Shown here: positions 17,320 to 25,627 of the stretch, one piece after another
Position numbering within the stretch: the first letter of the stretch is position 1
How the letters are laid out: the number at the start of each line of letters is the position of its first letter
NCBI GenBank assembly: GCA_043748495.1
Contig: JAYTNB010000050.1
Location: 1-58,850 of the forward strand
Reading direction: 5' to 3'
DNA from: a bacterium
GTDB taxonomy: Bacteria > Patescibacteriota > Minisyncoccia > Phycocordibacterales > UBA9973
DNA: 58,850 nucleotides
Notes under the pieces: model-generated
Told to the model about the DNA's origin: nothing
Databases searched by the model: none
The model's input: only the letters and a program-made list of their open reading frames with translations
Translations under genes and position numbers: made by a program

Positions 17320-18813
17320 ATGGTAGATTCTTCAACCATAGACAACAAAAAAATACCAAACTATGTTACACATGTAACACAAACGCTCAAAAACGGGGGA
17401 TTTGAGGCTTTTCTTGTTGGTGGTTGTGTGAGGGATCTCATATTAAACAAAGAACCAAAAGACTGGGATGTAACAACGAATGCAAAACCAGAAGAAATAA
17501 TCGCCTTATTTACAAAGACTGTGTATGAAAACACCTTTGGTACAGTAGGGGTTTGTGTTGCACGTGAAACAGAAATAGAGTCTTATGACATAGTAGAAGT
17601 AACGCCATACAGAAATGAAACAACATATAGTGATTTTAGGCATCCAGACAATGTTTCTTTTAGCGAAAAAATAGAAGATGATCTAAAAAGAAGAGATTTC
17701 ACAATGAATGCTATCGCTTACGACCATTTAGATGATAAAGGACAAGTTGTTGACCATTATCAAGGACAAAAAGACATAAAGGACAAAGTGATAAAAACAG
17801 TGGGTATTGCTGATGAACGTTTCAATGAGGACGCCCTTCGTATGCTACGTGCTATTCGTTTTGCTTCACAACTTGACTTTATGATTGAAGCTGAAACAAT
17901 GCAATCAATAGTTAGAAATGCTGGATTCTTAGAACATATATCAAAAGAAAGGGTTAGAGACGAATTTATAAAGATAATTGAATCTAAAAATCTAAGCATG
18001 GGGATTGGTATGCTTTCTAAGCTCGGTTTACTAAAATATATAATCCCAGAGTTAGAAGAGGGAATTAAATGTGACCAAGGTGGAGCCCATATTTACGATG
18101 TTTTTGAACACTGTGTTTTAGCATGCCAACACGCTGCAGACAAAGGTTTCAGTACAGAGATACGCATCGCTGCTTTGTTTCATGACATCGGGAAACCGAG
18201 GACACGCAGGCCTGGAGTTAAGAAAGCTTATACATTTTATGGTCATGAAGTTGTCGGAGCAAGAATGTCTCAAAAAATAATGGAAAGACTAAAGTTTTCA
18301 CGTGAAACAACAAACTTGGTTGTAAGTATGGTTCGTAACCATATGTTTTTCTCAGATACAGAACAAATAACACTTTCTGCTGTTAGACGGATAATATCAA
18401 AGGTAGGGAAAGATCATATATGGGAATTAATGGATATTCGCCAATGTGACAGGGTGGGGATGAAAAAAGTAGAAGCCCCTTATAGACTACGTAAATACCA
18501 CGCAATGATAGAAGAATGCCTCCATGACCCGATTTCGGTAGGATCTCTGGCGATAGACGGCAATTACTTGATAAATGTGTTACACATGAAACCAAGTCGT
18601 CGTATGGGGTGGATATTGCATGCTTTGCTTGAAGAAGTTATAGAAAATCCAGAGAAAAACAATATTGAATATCTAAAGGACAAAGTTATTCTATTGGACA
18701 TTCTAAAGGACAAAGATTTAGAAAAGATAGGTGTCGCTGGTATTGAAAAGAAAGATGAATTAGAAAAAGAAGAAGTTGAAAAATTGCACAAAAAACATGG
18801 TGTCAAGAAATAA
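17320..18813 (+). CDS. cca: CCA-adding tRNA nucleotidyltransferase with HD domain
   Basis: GGCVRDLILNKEPKDWDVTT, RRDFTMNA and HD motif FHDIGKP. I moved the start to ATG 17320 because the ORF-track start at 17269 lies inside tRNA-Gly. All tRNAs in the window lack an encoded CCA. Confidence 0.9.
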   Translation: MVDSSTIDNKKIPNYVTHVTQTLKNGGFEAFLVGGCVRDLILNKEPKDWDVTTNAKPEEIIALFTKTVYENTFGTVGVCVARETEIESYDIVEVTPYRNETTYSDFRHPDNVSFSEKIEDDLKRRDFTMNAIAYDHLDDKGQVVDHYQGQKDIKDKVIKTVGIADERFNEDALRMLRAIRFASQLDFMIEAETMQSIVRNAGFLEHISKERVRDEFIKIIESKNLSMGIGMLSKLGLLKYIIPELEEGIKCDQGGAHIYDVFEHCVLACQHAADKGFSTEIRIAALFHDIGKPRTRRPGVKKAYTFYGHEVVGARMSQKIMERLKFSRETTNLVVSMVRNHMFFSDTEQITLSAVRRIISKVGKDHIWELMDIRQCDRVGMKKVEAPYRLRKYHAMIEECLHDPISVGSLAIDGNYLINVLHMKPSRRMGWILHALLEEVIENPEKNNIEYLKDKVILLDILKDKDLEKIGVAGIEKKDELEKEEVEKLHKKHGVKK

Positions 18814-18876
18814 AAAAACACCTAGATCACAGATCTAAGTGTTTAAACATGTGCCAAAATCTAGAAACCAAAATCG

Positions 18877-18956
18877 TCGGAGTACTTGGATTCGAACCAG
18901 AGATCTTGTTTTACGTAAAACGCAAAAACACGTAATACCAGCTATACCATACCCCG
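18877..18956 (-). tRNA. aberrant 80-nt tRNA-like gene, tRNA-Lys(UUU)-like with an elongated anticodon arm
   Basis: Acceptor CGGGGTA/TACTCCG (one G:U), D-arm GTA(T)-AGCTGGTA-(T)TAC, 5-nt variable loop and T-arm TCTGG-TTCGAAT-CCAAG (one C:A mismatch). The anticodon arm is 24 nt (TGTTTTTGC-GTTTTAC-GTAAAACA) instead of 17. Confidence 0.5.
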
Positions 18957-19033
18957 GAATAAAGAGTGAATTTTATTTAAAATAACTTATTTTAAATAAA
19001 AATGCAACATAAAAACAATATTTTTATAGAAGA

Positions 19034-19684
19034 CTACTTAACCGGGACAACTAAACTAACTTCGACAGTTTCGTTGGCGAAAGTTTGATTGATGCCAAAG
19101 TTTTTCATATCGACGGTAAATGTACTTGTGTAGTTTTTATCAGACAAACTGATTGGGAAAGAAATCGCTTTCTTTACACCATGAACTGTCATAGAACCAG
19201 AAGCGAGCTTGCCATCAAACTTTTCTAAAACAAAAGAAGCAGTAGGATATTTTGCTGTATCGAAAAAATCAGCTGTTTTTAAATGACCTGTCAGTTTTTC
19301 TGTATCTGTTGTCATAGAATTCATATCGATAACAACTTCACCTTTTAAGGAACCATTCACAGAAATTAAACTAGAATTGATTTTAGAAAATGAACCAGTG
19401 TGAACCTTGCCCGGACCAAAACCTTTGAAATTTACTTTTACATTGGCATTGTCTATTTGTTGATTCTCAACTTTGTTAATACTCTCGTCTGCTTTCATTT
19501 CAGATCCTGCTACAGCAACAGTTGTACTCGCAGTTGCAGTGTTACCTTCGGTGTTTACTATTTCATCATTTGTAGGATCACTTAAATCTGCTTTTGGTGT
19601 GTCTTTATTTGGTTTAGTTTGTATCGCATAATAAACCAGACCAGCTAAAACTACGAACGCTAAAATACTTAAAATAAGTTTCAT
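19034..19684 (-). CDS. YceI-like (polyisoprenoid-binding) secreted or anchored protein
   Basis: N-terminal signal anchor. YceI-type blocks are GKVHTGSF, VIDMNSMTTD, LTGHLKTADFFD..KYPTASF and MTVHGVKK. Confidence 0.75.
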   Translation of the reverse strand: MKLILSILAFVVLAGLVYYAIQTKPNKDTPKADLSDPTNDEIVNTEGNTATASTTVAVAGSEMKADESINKVENQQIDNANVKVNFKGFGPGKVHTGSFSKINSSLISVNGSLKGEVVIDMNSMTTDTEKLTGHLKTADFFDTAKYPTASFVLEKFDGKLASGSMTVHGVKKAISFPISLSDKNYTSTFTVDMKNFGINQTFANETVEVSLVVPVK

Positions 19685-19748
19685 ATATTATTTTTTTTAA
19701 TTACCTTTAATATTTAGATTATACAATAATAGAAAAATGATGCAATTT

Positions 19749-20540
19749 TTAAAATTCAAGAACGATAGGGCAGTGGTCGGAACCAAAGTAATCACTAATC
19801 ATATAAGATTTTTTAACCTTTTTAATTATACTGTCTTGTACAAAAAAATAATCTATCCTCCAACCAACGTTTCTGTCTCTGGCACGAGTCTTCTGATCCC
19901 AATAAGTATAGGCATCTTTTGTGTCTTTATTTAAAAAACGGAAACTATCTATGAAACCATTTTTGATAACTTTTGTGATCCACGCACGCTCGATAGGGAG
20001 GAAGCCAGTATTCTCTACATTTTCTTTAGGACGAGCTAAATCAATCTCTGTATGAGCTGTGTTTATATCACCGGTAAAAATAACAGCGTACCCGTCTCTC
20101 TTTTTTTTATTTATAAAATTTAAAAATGCATCGTAGAACTTGAGCTTGTATTCAAGCCTATGTGGACCAGAACCACCGTTAGGATAGTAACCGCCTATTA
20201 CGATAACTTTTTGCTTTAAGGCGGTAAAACCTTTGTCGAAATACAAAACTAAAAGCCTACCTTCCTGGTCTAAATCGTATTTACCCATACCGTATTCAAC
20301 CTTGTCGGGTTTGATTTTTGTATAAACACCAACACCACTGTAGCCACGGCGAGCAAGTGAAGGTGAGAGGTAGAAATGATAGTCCTTAAAAGTTAAATAT
20401 TCTTTTGGTATTTGTTCCATCTCTACTTTGGTTTCCTGAAGAAATAAAATGTCCGGATCATATTTTTTAAAAAGGGGATCAAAGTGACCTTGTTTGATAG
20501 TCGCCCGCAAGCCGTTAGTATTCCAAGAAATTATTTTCAT
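19749..20540 (-). CDS. xth: exodeoxyribonuclease III (AP endonuclease)
   Basis: MKIISWNTNGLRA, FLQETK, GDINTAHTEIDL, WRIDYFFV and GSDHCPIVLEF. TGCTATACT followed by 6 nt precedes the ATG. Confidence 0.93.
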   Translation of the reverse strand: MKIISWNTNGLRATIKQGHFDPLFKKYDPDILFLQETKVEMEQIPKEYLTFKDYHFYLSPSLARRGYSGVGVYTKIKPDKVEYGMGKYDLDQEGRLLVLYFDKGFTALKQKVIVIGGYYPNGGSGPHRLEYKLKFYDAFLNFINKKKRDGYAVIFTGDINTAHTEIDLARPKENVENTGFLPIERAWITKVIKNGFIDSFRFLNKDTKDAYTYWDQKTRARDRNVGWRIDYFFVQDSIIKKVKKSYMISDYFGSDHCPIVLEF

Positions 20541-21068
20541 GTTAAAAGTATAGCAATTTTATTTAAAAAAAGAAAAAATTATACCACATATTTTTAGTAT
20601 GTGAAGACTAGACACTATTTCTAAATAGGAATATGATTTATTTAATTAAATTGTTCATTCAATAAAAGTTCTCAAAAAAAACAAATGGTCTTACTAGACT
20701 AGTATACCTAATTTATGGTATAAAAAAAGTGTTTTAAAAGAGACAAAGAAAACAATTTAGTTTTTTTAAAAAAAATTCGAAACCCTTTAAATTGCACCTT
20801 CCTATGGAAAGCAAACCCCGACCTCCGAATTCTTCAAAAATCACTGAAATTAAAACTTTCGTATAAAAGCGATTGAATATATTTCAAAAGTCTTTTTTAA
20901 AAATTTTTCTCAAAAAAAAGGTAATTATTTTTAGATTAAAAAATAAACATTTTCTTTTTAAGAAGACGCCAAAAAGGCAAACAAATAAAGTTTATTTAAT
21001 TTAAAAAAATTAGAGCGAAACAAAGAAACAAAGTAGCTAACGTGTCATATTTTTATATGACACGTTTT

Positions 21069-21989
21069 TTATTTCTTACTGTGGAATTTTTTATGTACAT
21101 CGCGCAGTTGCTTGTCTGTAACGTGGGTATATATCTGAGTGGTAGAGATATTGGCGTGTCCGAGCATCATCTGAACAGAACGGATGTCGGCGCCATTTGA
21201 AAGCAAGTCAGTAGCAAAGCAGTGGCGAATAACGTGTGGAGTAACCTTTTTTGAAATACCAGCTTTGACAGCGCATTGTTTGACAATACGCTCGATTGAC
21301 CGACGAGCAAGTGGTTTGATATCGATATTTTCTTTTTTACCACTATCGAGTTGAACAAAAAGAGCGTCGGACATATCTTTGCGAAGTTTCAAATATTTTT
21401 TTACAGTATAGCGGGCTTCATCGGATATAAATACAACTCTTATCTTGCCACCTTTACCACGGATAGAAAACTCGCCTTGAGTAAAATCGATGTCATTTGT
21501 AAGGGAACACAGTTCTGACACACGGAGTCCTGTCGAAAATAAAAGTTCTAGTATCGCTTTGTCACGCAGTGATTTTATATCTTCACCTTCTGAAGCATTT
21601 AATAGTCGAGTCAGATCACTGTTTGAAATAAGGTCCAGATGACGCTCGGGGACTTTTGCTAGATCTATCTCTTCTGCTGACATGGACTTTATATTTTTCC
21701 GAGTTAGATACTTCAAAAAGACACGCAATGCAATCATATAATAATTCTGAGTTTTTCTGGAGACCGTTTTACCTGTCGCTCTATTGTTGCCCATAGATTG
21801 CCTGTTGAGCCATAGTCGAAAGTCGCGTACTGAGGTACTTGTGATGTCTTCTGGGTTTTGAACTTTCGAAAATTCTAAATAACGCGAAATATAGTGATCA
21901 TAATTCTCAACTGTTTTCAAACTTCGTCCTTTTTCTATTTCTATGTGTTCCAAAAACTCTCTTTTTAGTTGTTCGAGCGGTGTTGTCAT
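21069..21989 (-). CDS. tyrosine site-specific recombinase, XerC/XerD-like
   Basis: N-terminal SAM-like domain. The C-terminal catalytic blocks are GLRVSEL, HVIRHCFATDLL and LGHANISTTQIYTHV. Confidence 0.88.
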   Translation of the reverse strand: MTTPLEQLKREFLEHIEIEKGRSLKTVENYDHYISRYLEFSKVQNPEDITSTSVRDFRLWLNRQSMGNNRATGKTVSRKTQNYYMIALRVFLKYLTRKNIKSMSAEEIDLAKVPERHLDLISNSDLTRLLNASEGEDIKSLRDKAILELLFSTGLRVSELCSLTNDIDFTQGEFSIRGKGGKIRVVFISDEARYTVKKYLKLRKDMSDALFVQLDSGKKENIDIKPLARRSIERIVKQCAVKAGISKKVTPHVIRHCFATDLLSNGADIRSVQMMLGHANISTTQIYTHVTDKQLRDVHKKFHSKK

Positions 21990-22029
21990 GACTATTGCAT
22001 TTTACCTTAAACTGTGATATTATCAAAAT

Positions 22030-22290
22030 ATGTTAACTATAAAGAAAAAATCAAACATTATAAAGAAAAATCAACTTCATGACAAAGACACAGGTAGTCC
22101 TGAAGTCCAAATTGCTATTCTAAGCAAAAAAATCGACGAATTAGCAGATCACCTAAAAGAACACAAGAAAGACAACAGTTCTCGCCGTGGACTTATCAAG
22201 ATGGTTTCTGACAGACGTACTCATTTGAAATATTTAGAAAAGACAGATAAATCTCGTCACGCAGAACAAGTCAAAAAAATAAAAGGCTAA
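22030..22290 (+). CDS. rpsO: 30S ribosomal protein S15
   Basis: GSPEVQIAILSKKIDELADHLKEHKKDNSSRRGLIKMVSDRRTHLKYL. TGATATTAT followed by 6 nt precedes the ATG. Confidence 0.95.
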   Translation: MLTIKKKSNIIKKNQLHDKDTGSPEVQIAILSKKIDELADHLKEHKKDNSSRRGLIKMVSDRRTHLKYLEKTDKSRHAEQVKKIKG

Positions 22291-22294
22291 CATT

Positions 22295-22320
22295 AAAAAC
22301 CTTCGCAAGAGGGTTTTTAA
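22295..22320 (+). terminator. rpsO terminator
   Basis: AAAAACCTTC-gcaa-GAGGGTTTTT. Confidence 0.75.
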
Positions 22321-22341
22321 TTTGCTATAATAGAAACACTA

Positions 22342-22418
22342 TCCTGTTAGAGATAATGGGGGAATAAAATTAATATTAAATAATAAGATGAGAATAGATA
22401 TTTCTTATCTCTAACGGA
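22342..22418 (+). promoter_or_regulatory. 14-bp-stem leader hairpin (GTTAGAGATAA...TTATCTCTAAC) with embedded 8-codon uORF, ending 1 nt before the NYN start codon
   Basis: TCC(T)GTTAGAGATAA (22342-22356) pairs with TTATCTCTAACGGA (22405-22418). The uORF ATG is at 22388 and its TAA at 22412-22414. The promoter TGCTATAAT is at 22323-22331. Confidence 0.55.
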
Positions 22419-22922
22419 ATGATAATAAAACATAAAGAACAGAGAGTAGGAGTTTTTATAGATACTTCGAATTTGTACCACAGCGCTAAAAATTTATACA
22501 AAAGAAAAGTGAACTTTGGAGCAGTTTTAAAAGACGCACTCGCTGGACGCAAACTCGTCCGTGCTATAGCCTATGTTATAACAAGTGAAGGCGGTGAAGA
22601 GAAAAACTTTTTCGACGCACTTACTAAACTTGGTATCGAAACCAAAACAAAAGACTTGCAAGTTTTTGCCGGTGGTGCCAAAAAAGGCGACTGGGATGTA
22701 GGCATAGCTGTCGACATGATAAAGATGGCGTCTAATTTAGACGCAGTTGTGCTAGTGGCCGGGGACGGCGACTTTGTCCCACTAATAGAATACTTACAAA
22801 GTACAACTGGAGCCCAGATAGAAGTAGTGTCTTTTGGTAAAAGCGCCTCTATGAAGCTAAAAGACGCTGCCGACGATTTCCTAGACTTGTCTATAAACTC
22901 AAGGAAATATTTGATGTATTAA
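22419..22922 (+). CDS. NYN (LabA-like) domain protein, predicted RNase
   Basis: VGVFIDTSNLYHSAKN near the N-terminus and VLVAGDGDFVPLIEYLQ later are the acidic NYN/PIN-like signatures. Confidence 0.78.
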   Translation: MIIKHKEQRVGVFIDTSNLYHSAKNLYKRKVNFGAVLKDALAGRKLVRAIAYVITSEGGEEKNFFDALTKLGIETKTKDLQVFAGGAKKGDWDVGIAVDMIKMASNLDAVVLVAGDGDFVPLIEYLQSTTGAQIEVVSFGKSASMKLKDAADDFLDLSINSRKYLMY

Positions 22923-23027
22923 AACTCCTTTAAAAACACCTTATCTAATTAAGGTGTTTTTAGTTGCTTTTTGGTGTAAAAAGCATATAATCCAAATAAA
23001 TAAATTTGAAACTTAAAACTAAATAAT

Positions 23028-23924
23028 ATGAGAAAAATATTATGGCAAGTAGTATCCAGGCATGCTCTTGTCACATGCACTAAAGAAAAAAAGGGTTGCT
23101 TTGTTACAAAACAAATTGCTCCAAAAGCTGTAAATAAAGAAAATGCAAATTGGGTGAATAAAGTTAGTAAAAAATTCAGAGATGGATTAAAAGAACTAAA
23201 TGTCCCACTTGCTGAACCTTATACCTTCTACAAAAAAGGTGGAAACGCTCTACAAAAATCACCCTACATTGGGATTGATTTAGAACAAATCGTTAAAAAA
23301 AGTAGCACACCTCAAATAGGTCTTATCGACATTTTATTAGAATCTATAAAAGATTTACTTTTATTAAAAAATAATCTAATTGGTATTGATGCAAGATTAT
23401 CGAACTTCTGCTTAGGCTCAGATGGAAAAGTTTATTATGTAGACACCTTTCCTCCTTTAATATTTTATAGAAAGGAGTACATAGTGCACTTTCCGAACCC
23501 AACGGATCCAAAGACAATAGAACAAGAGGTGCAGCGTAAGTTTAATTATTTAGGTATACTACGCCGATTACGTTTCAGCATTTTAGAACAAGATGCAGGA
23601 TTAACAGAAGAAAACTTCTTAGATTCTATTTATAGAGTTCTTGGACAAAAAATTGGTGACGAATCGAAAAAATTCTTTGATAGCTTTCTTGATAAAAGAA
23701 AAATAGAGGAAGCAATTGATTTGATAAATTTGGACGATCCAGATAGTATTAGAGAAGTAGCACTACGAATTATGCCAAAAAAAGGAACTGGTCAAACAAT
23801 ATTTTTTCAAGAAATATTTGATTTAAGTTCTAATTTTTGTCCATTAAATATAAGTTCTGATAAAAAACTAGAAAGAATAAAGGAACTTTTTTTATTACAC
23901 TTTAAAGAAGAAGTATTGAGTTAG
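23028..23924 (+). CDS. hypothetical protein, possibly protein-kinase-like fold
   Basis: IGIDARLSNFCLGSDGKVYYVDTFPP resembles a D-x4-N catalytic loop plus a metal-binding Asp. Weak call. Confidence 0.4.
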   Translation: MRKILWQVVSRHALVTCTKEKKGCFVTKQIAPKAVNKENANWVNKVSKKFRDGLKELNVPLAEPYTFYKKGGNALQKSPYIGIDLEQIVKKSSTPQIGLIDILLESIKDLLLLKNNLIGIDARLSNFCLGSDGKVYYVDTFPPLIFYRKEYIVHFPNPTDPKTIEQEVQRKFNYLGILRRLRFSILEQDAGLTEENFLDSIYRVLGQKIGDESKKFFDSFLDKRKIEEAIDLINLDDPDSIREVALRIMPKKGTGQTIFFQEIFDLSSNFCPLNISSDKKLERIKELFLLHFKEEVLS

Positions 23925-23951
23925 GAACAAAGGTAGGAAATCATATGATTC

Positions 23952-24719
23952 CTACCTTTTTATTTTAAGTAGTATTGGATAGTGATCTGAAGCACTGTCG
24001 GTTAAATCATTTTTTATTATTTCAAAATTTGAAATATCATCTATTAGATTGGAAGACAAAAAAGCATAGTCAATTCTTATCTTTTCCGAGTGACTAAGAT
24101 CTTGATTAAAAGGAGTTGGCACGGAAAATTCATAAGGTTTATTTAAAATCTTTAGAGAATCAACAAAATTATTATTTTCTAAGTATTTAATAACATCAAA
24201 ATTTATAACATTAATACCAAACTTTTTAATTTTTCTTAACTGAAAACTATTCAAAAGTGATTTATAATCATCAACATCTGAATAAGACAAAGAATTGAAA
24301 TCTCCAATTATAATAGATTTAGACTTTTTATTAAGATGACAAAAAATCTCTTTTAACTCTAACAATCTTTCTTCTTCAGAAATAGGCGACAGGTGTACAA
24401 AAAAAATATCCAACTCTTTGATTTTTAAACAAACAACAACATGCTTAATATCTTTTTTTATATCCGAAAACGTAACATCTTTTTTAGATATAACAGCAAT
24501 ATTATACTTTGAATTTGCTCTAAAAACCTTGAAAAATGGATAACCAAGTGATAAGAATTTTTTTCTTAATGAAATATCTTCCTCATTCCAATTCACAGCT
24601 TCTAAAATACCACAAATATCTGGATTAGATTCTTTAATAACTTCTAATACTTTATCTATTCTATCGCTAGCCCCATTAAAAATATTAAAACTCATAATTG
24701 ATAATTCATCTGTTTTCAT
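23952..24719 (-). CDS. endonuclease/exonuclease/phosphatase (EEP) family protein
   Basis: N-terminal IMSFNIFNG, then IIGDFNS, and the C-terminal SDHYPILLKIK. Confidence 0.8.
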   Translation of the reverse strand: MKTDELSIMSFNIFNGASDRIDKVLEVIKESNPDICGILEAVNWNEEDISLRKKFLSLGYPFFKVFRANSKYNIAVISKKDVTFSDIKKDIKHVVVCLKIKELDIFFVHLSPISEEERLLELKEIFCHLNKKSKSIIIGDFNSLSYSDVDDYKSLLNSFQLRKIKKFGINVINFDVIKYLENNNFVDSLKILNKPYEFSVPTPFNQDLSHSEKIRIDYAFLSSNLIDDISNFEIIKNDLTDSASDHYPILLKIKR

Positions 24720-24721
24720 AT

Positions 24722-25627
24722 CTAAAATAAATCCTTAACCTCACTAAATAATTCATCGACTTTTTGTTGACTGGTGGCTTCGCCGTACAAGCGGACTATT
24801 GGCTCGGTGTTCGACGGGCGTAAATGGACCCAGGATTTGTCAGCGAAGTCTAGTCGCAAACCGTCGAGCTCGTTTATTTGAGCATCTGAGAAATGACTTT
24901 TAATTTTTTCATAGAGCAACGCTAAGTCCATACCGAGCTCCATTTTATCTTTACGCATAACATAGTGGGGGAGAGTTTCTATTATTTCAGAAATTTTTTG
25001 ATTTCTGGTTGCCATTAAGTCTAGGATAAGGATCATGCTCACAAAGCTATCACGAGCGAAATTTATCTTCGGGTAAATTATTCCGCCACTGCCTTCACCA
25101 CCGATAGTTGCATTGTGTATAACCATACCTTCGACGACATTTGCCTCGCCAACTTTTGTACGAATACATTTCCCACCGTACTTTTCTGCTATATCAGTAT
25201 TCATTTGTGAAGTCGACATATTTACTACAACAGCACTATTTTTGTTTTGTGAACAAACAGCTTCGACACCAAGAGCTAGGGTATACTCTTCAGACAAAAT
25301 ATTACCACTCTCATCTATGACAACGAGACGATCTGCATCGGGATCCTGAGCGAAGCCAATATCGAAAGTTCCACTTTTTACTAAATTTGAAATATCTTTT
25401 AAATTTTCTTTGATTGGTTCTGGTGTGTGTCCGAACTTGCCATTTGGAATATCGTTTAAACCAACATATTTTATATTTAACTTTTCAAATAAATATGGGT
25501 CAACAGCACAAGCAGATGCATTGATCATGTCGACTGCCACGCTAAAATTCATATCACGAATCGCCTCGACATTTACATGTTTTAAAATATCATCGACATA
25601 TTCTTTTATAAAGTTTTTATTTTCCAT
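24722..25627 (-). CDS. glmM: phosphoglucosamine/phosphohexose mutase, domains II-IV (C-terminal piece of a split or frameshifted gene)
   Basis: GFAQDPDADRL (metal-binding loop), GGEGSGG and RPSNTEP. Overlaps the upstream piece by 11 nt. Confidence 0.8.
   Translation of the reverse strand: MENKNFIKEYVDDILKHVNVEAIRDMNFSVAVDMINASACAVDPYLFEKLNIKYVGLNDIPNGKFGHTPEPIKENLKDISNLVKSGTFDIGFAQDPDADRLVVIDESGNILSEEYTLALGVEAVCSQNKNSAVVVNMSTSQMNTDIAEKYGGKCIRTKVGEANVVEGMVIHNATIGGEGSGGIIYPKINFARDSFVSMILILDLMATRNQKISEIIETLPHYVMRKDKMELGMDLALLYEKIKSHFSDAQINELDGLRLDFADKSWVHLRPSNTEPIVRLYGEATSQQKVDELFSEVKDLF

Noticed and set aside
20541-21068. Checked this gap, and 4126-5024 and 8331-8961, for RNase P RNA (GAGGAAAGUCC), tmRNA (tRNA-like ends plus tag ORF) and SRP RNA (GGAA-capped domain IV) signatures
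   Set aside because: I recognised none of the conserved blocks on either strand. Absence by eye is weak evidence, so covariance-model searches are still needed.
22346-22415. Resemblance of GTTAGAG...CTCTAAC (and the two related hairpins) to integron attC core sites (RYYYAAC...GTTRRRY)
   Set aside because: The order is inverted: GTT is on the outside and AAC on the outside of the opposite arm. The 7-mers do not satisfy the R/Y pattern, and no integron integrase or attI is present.
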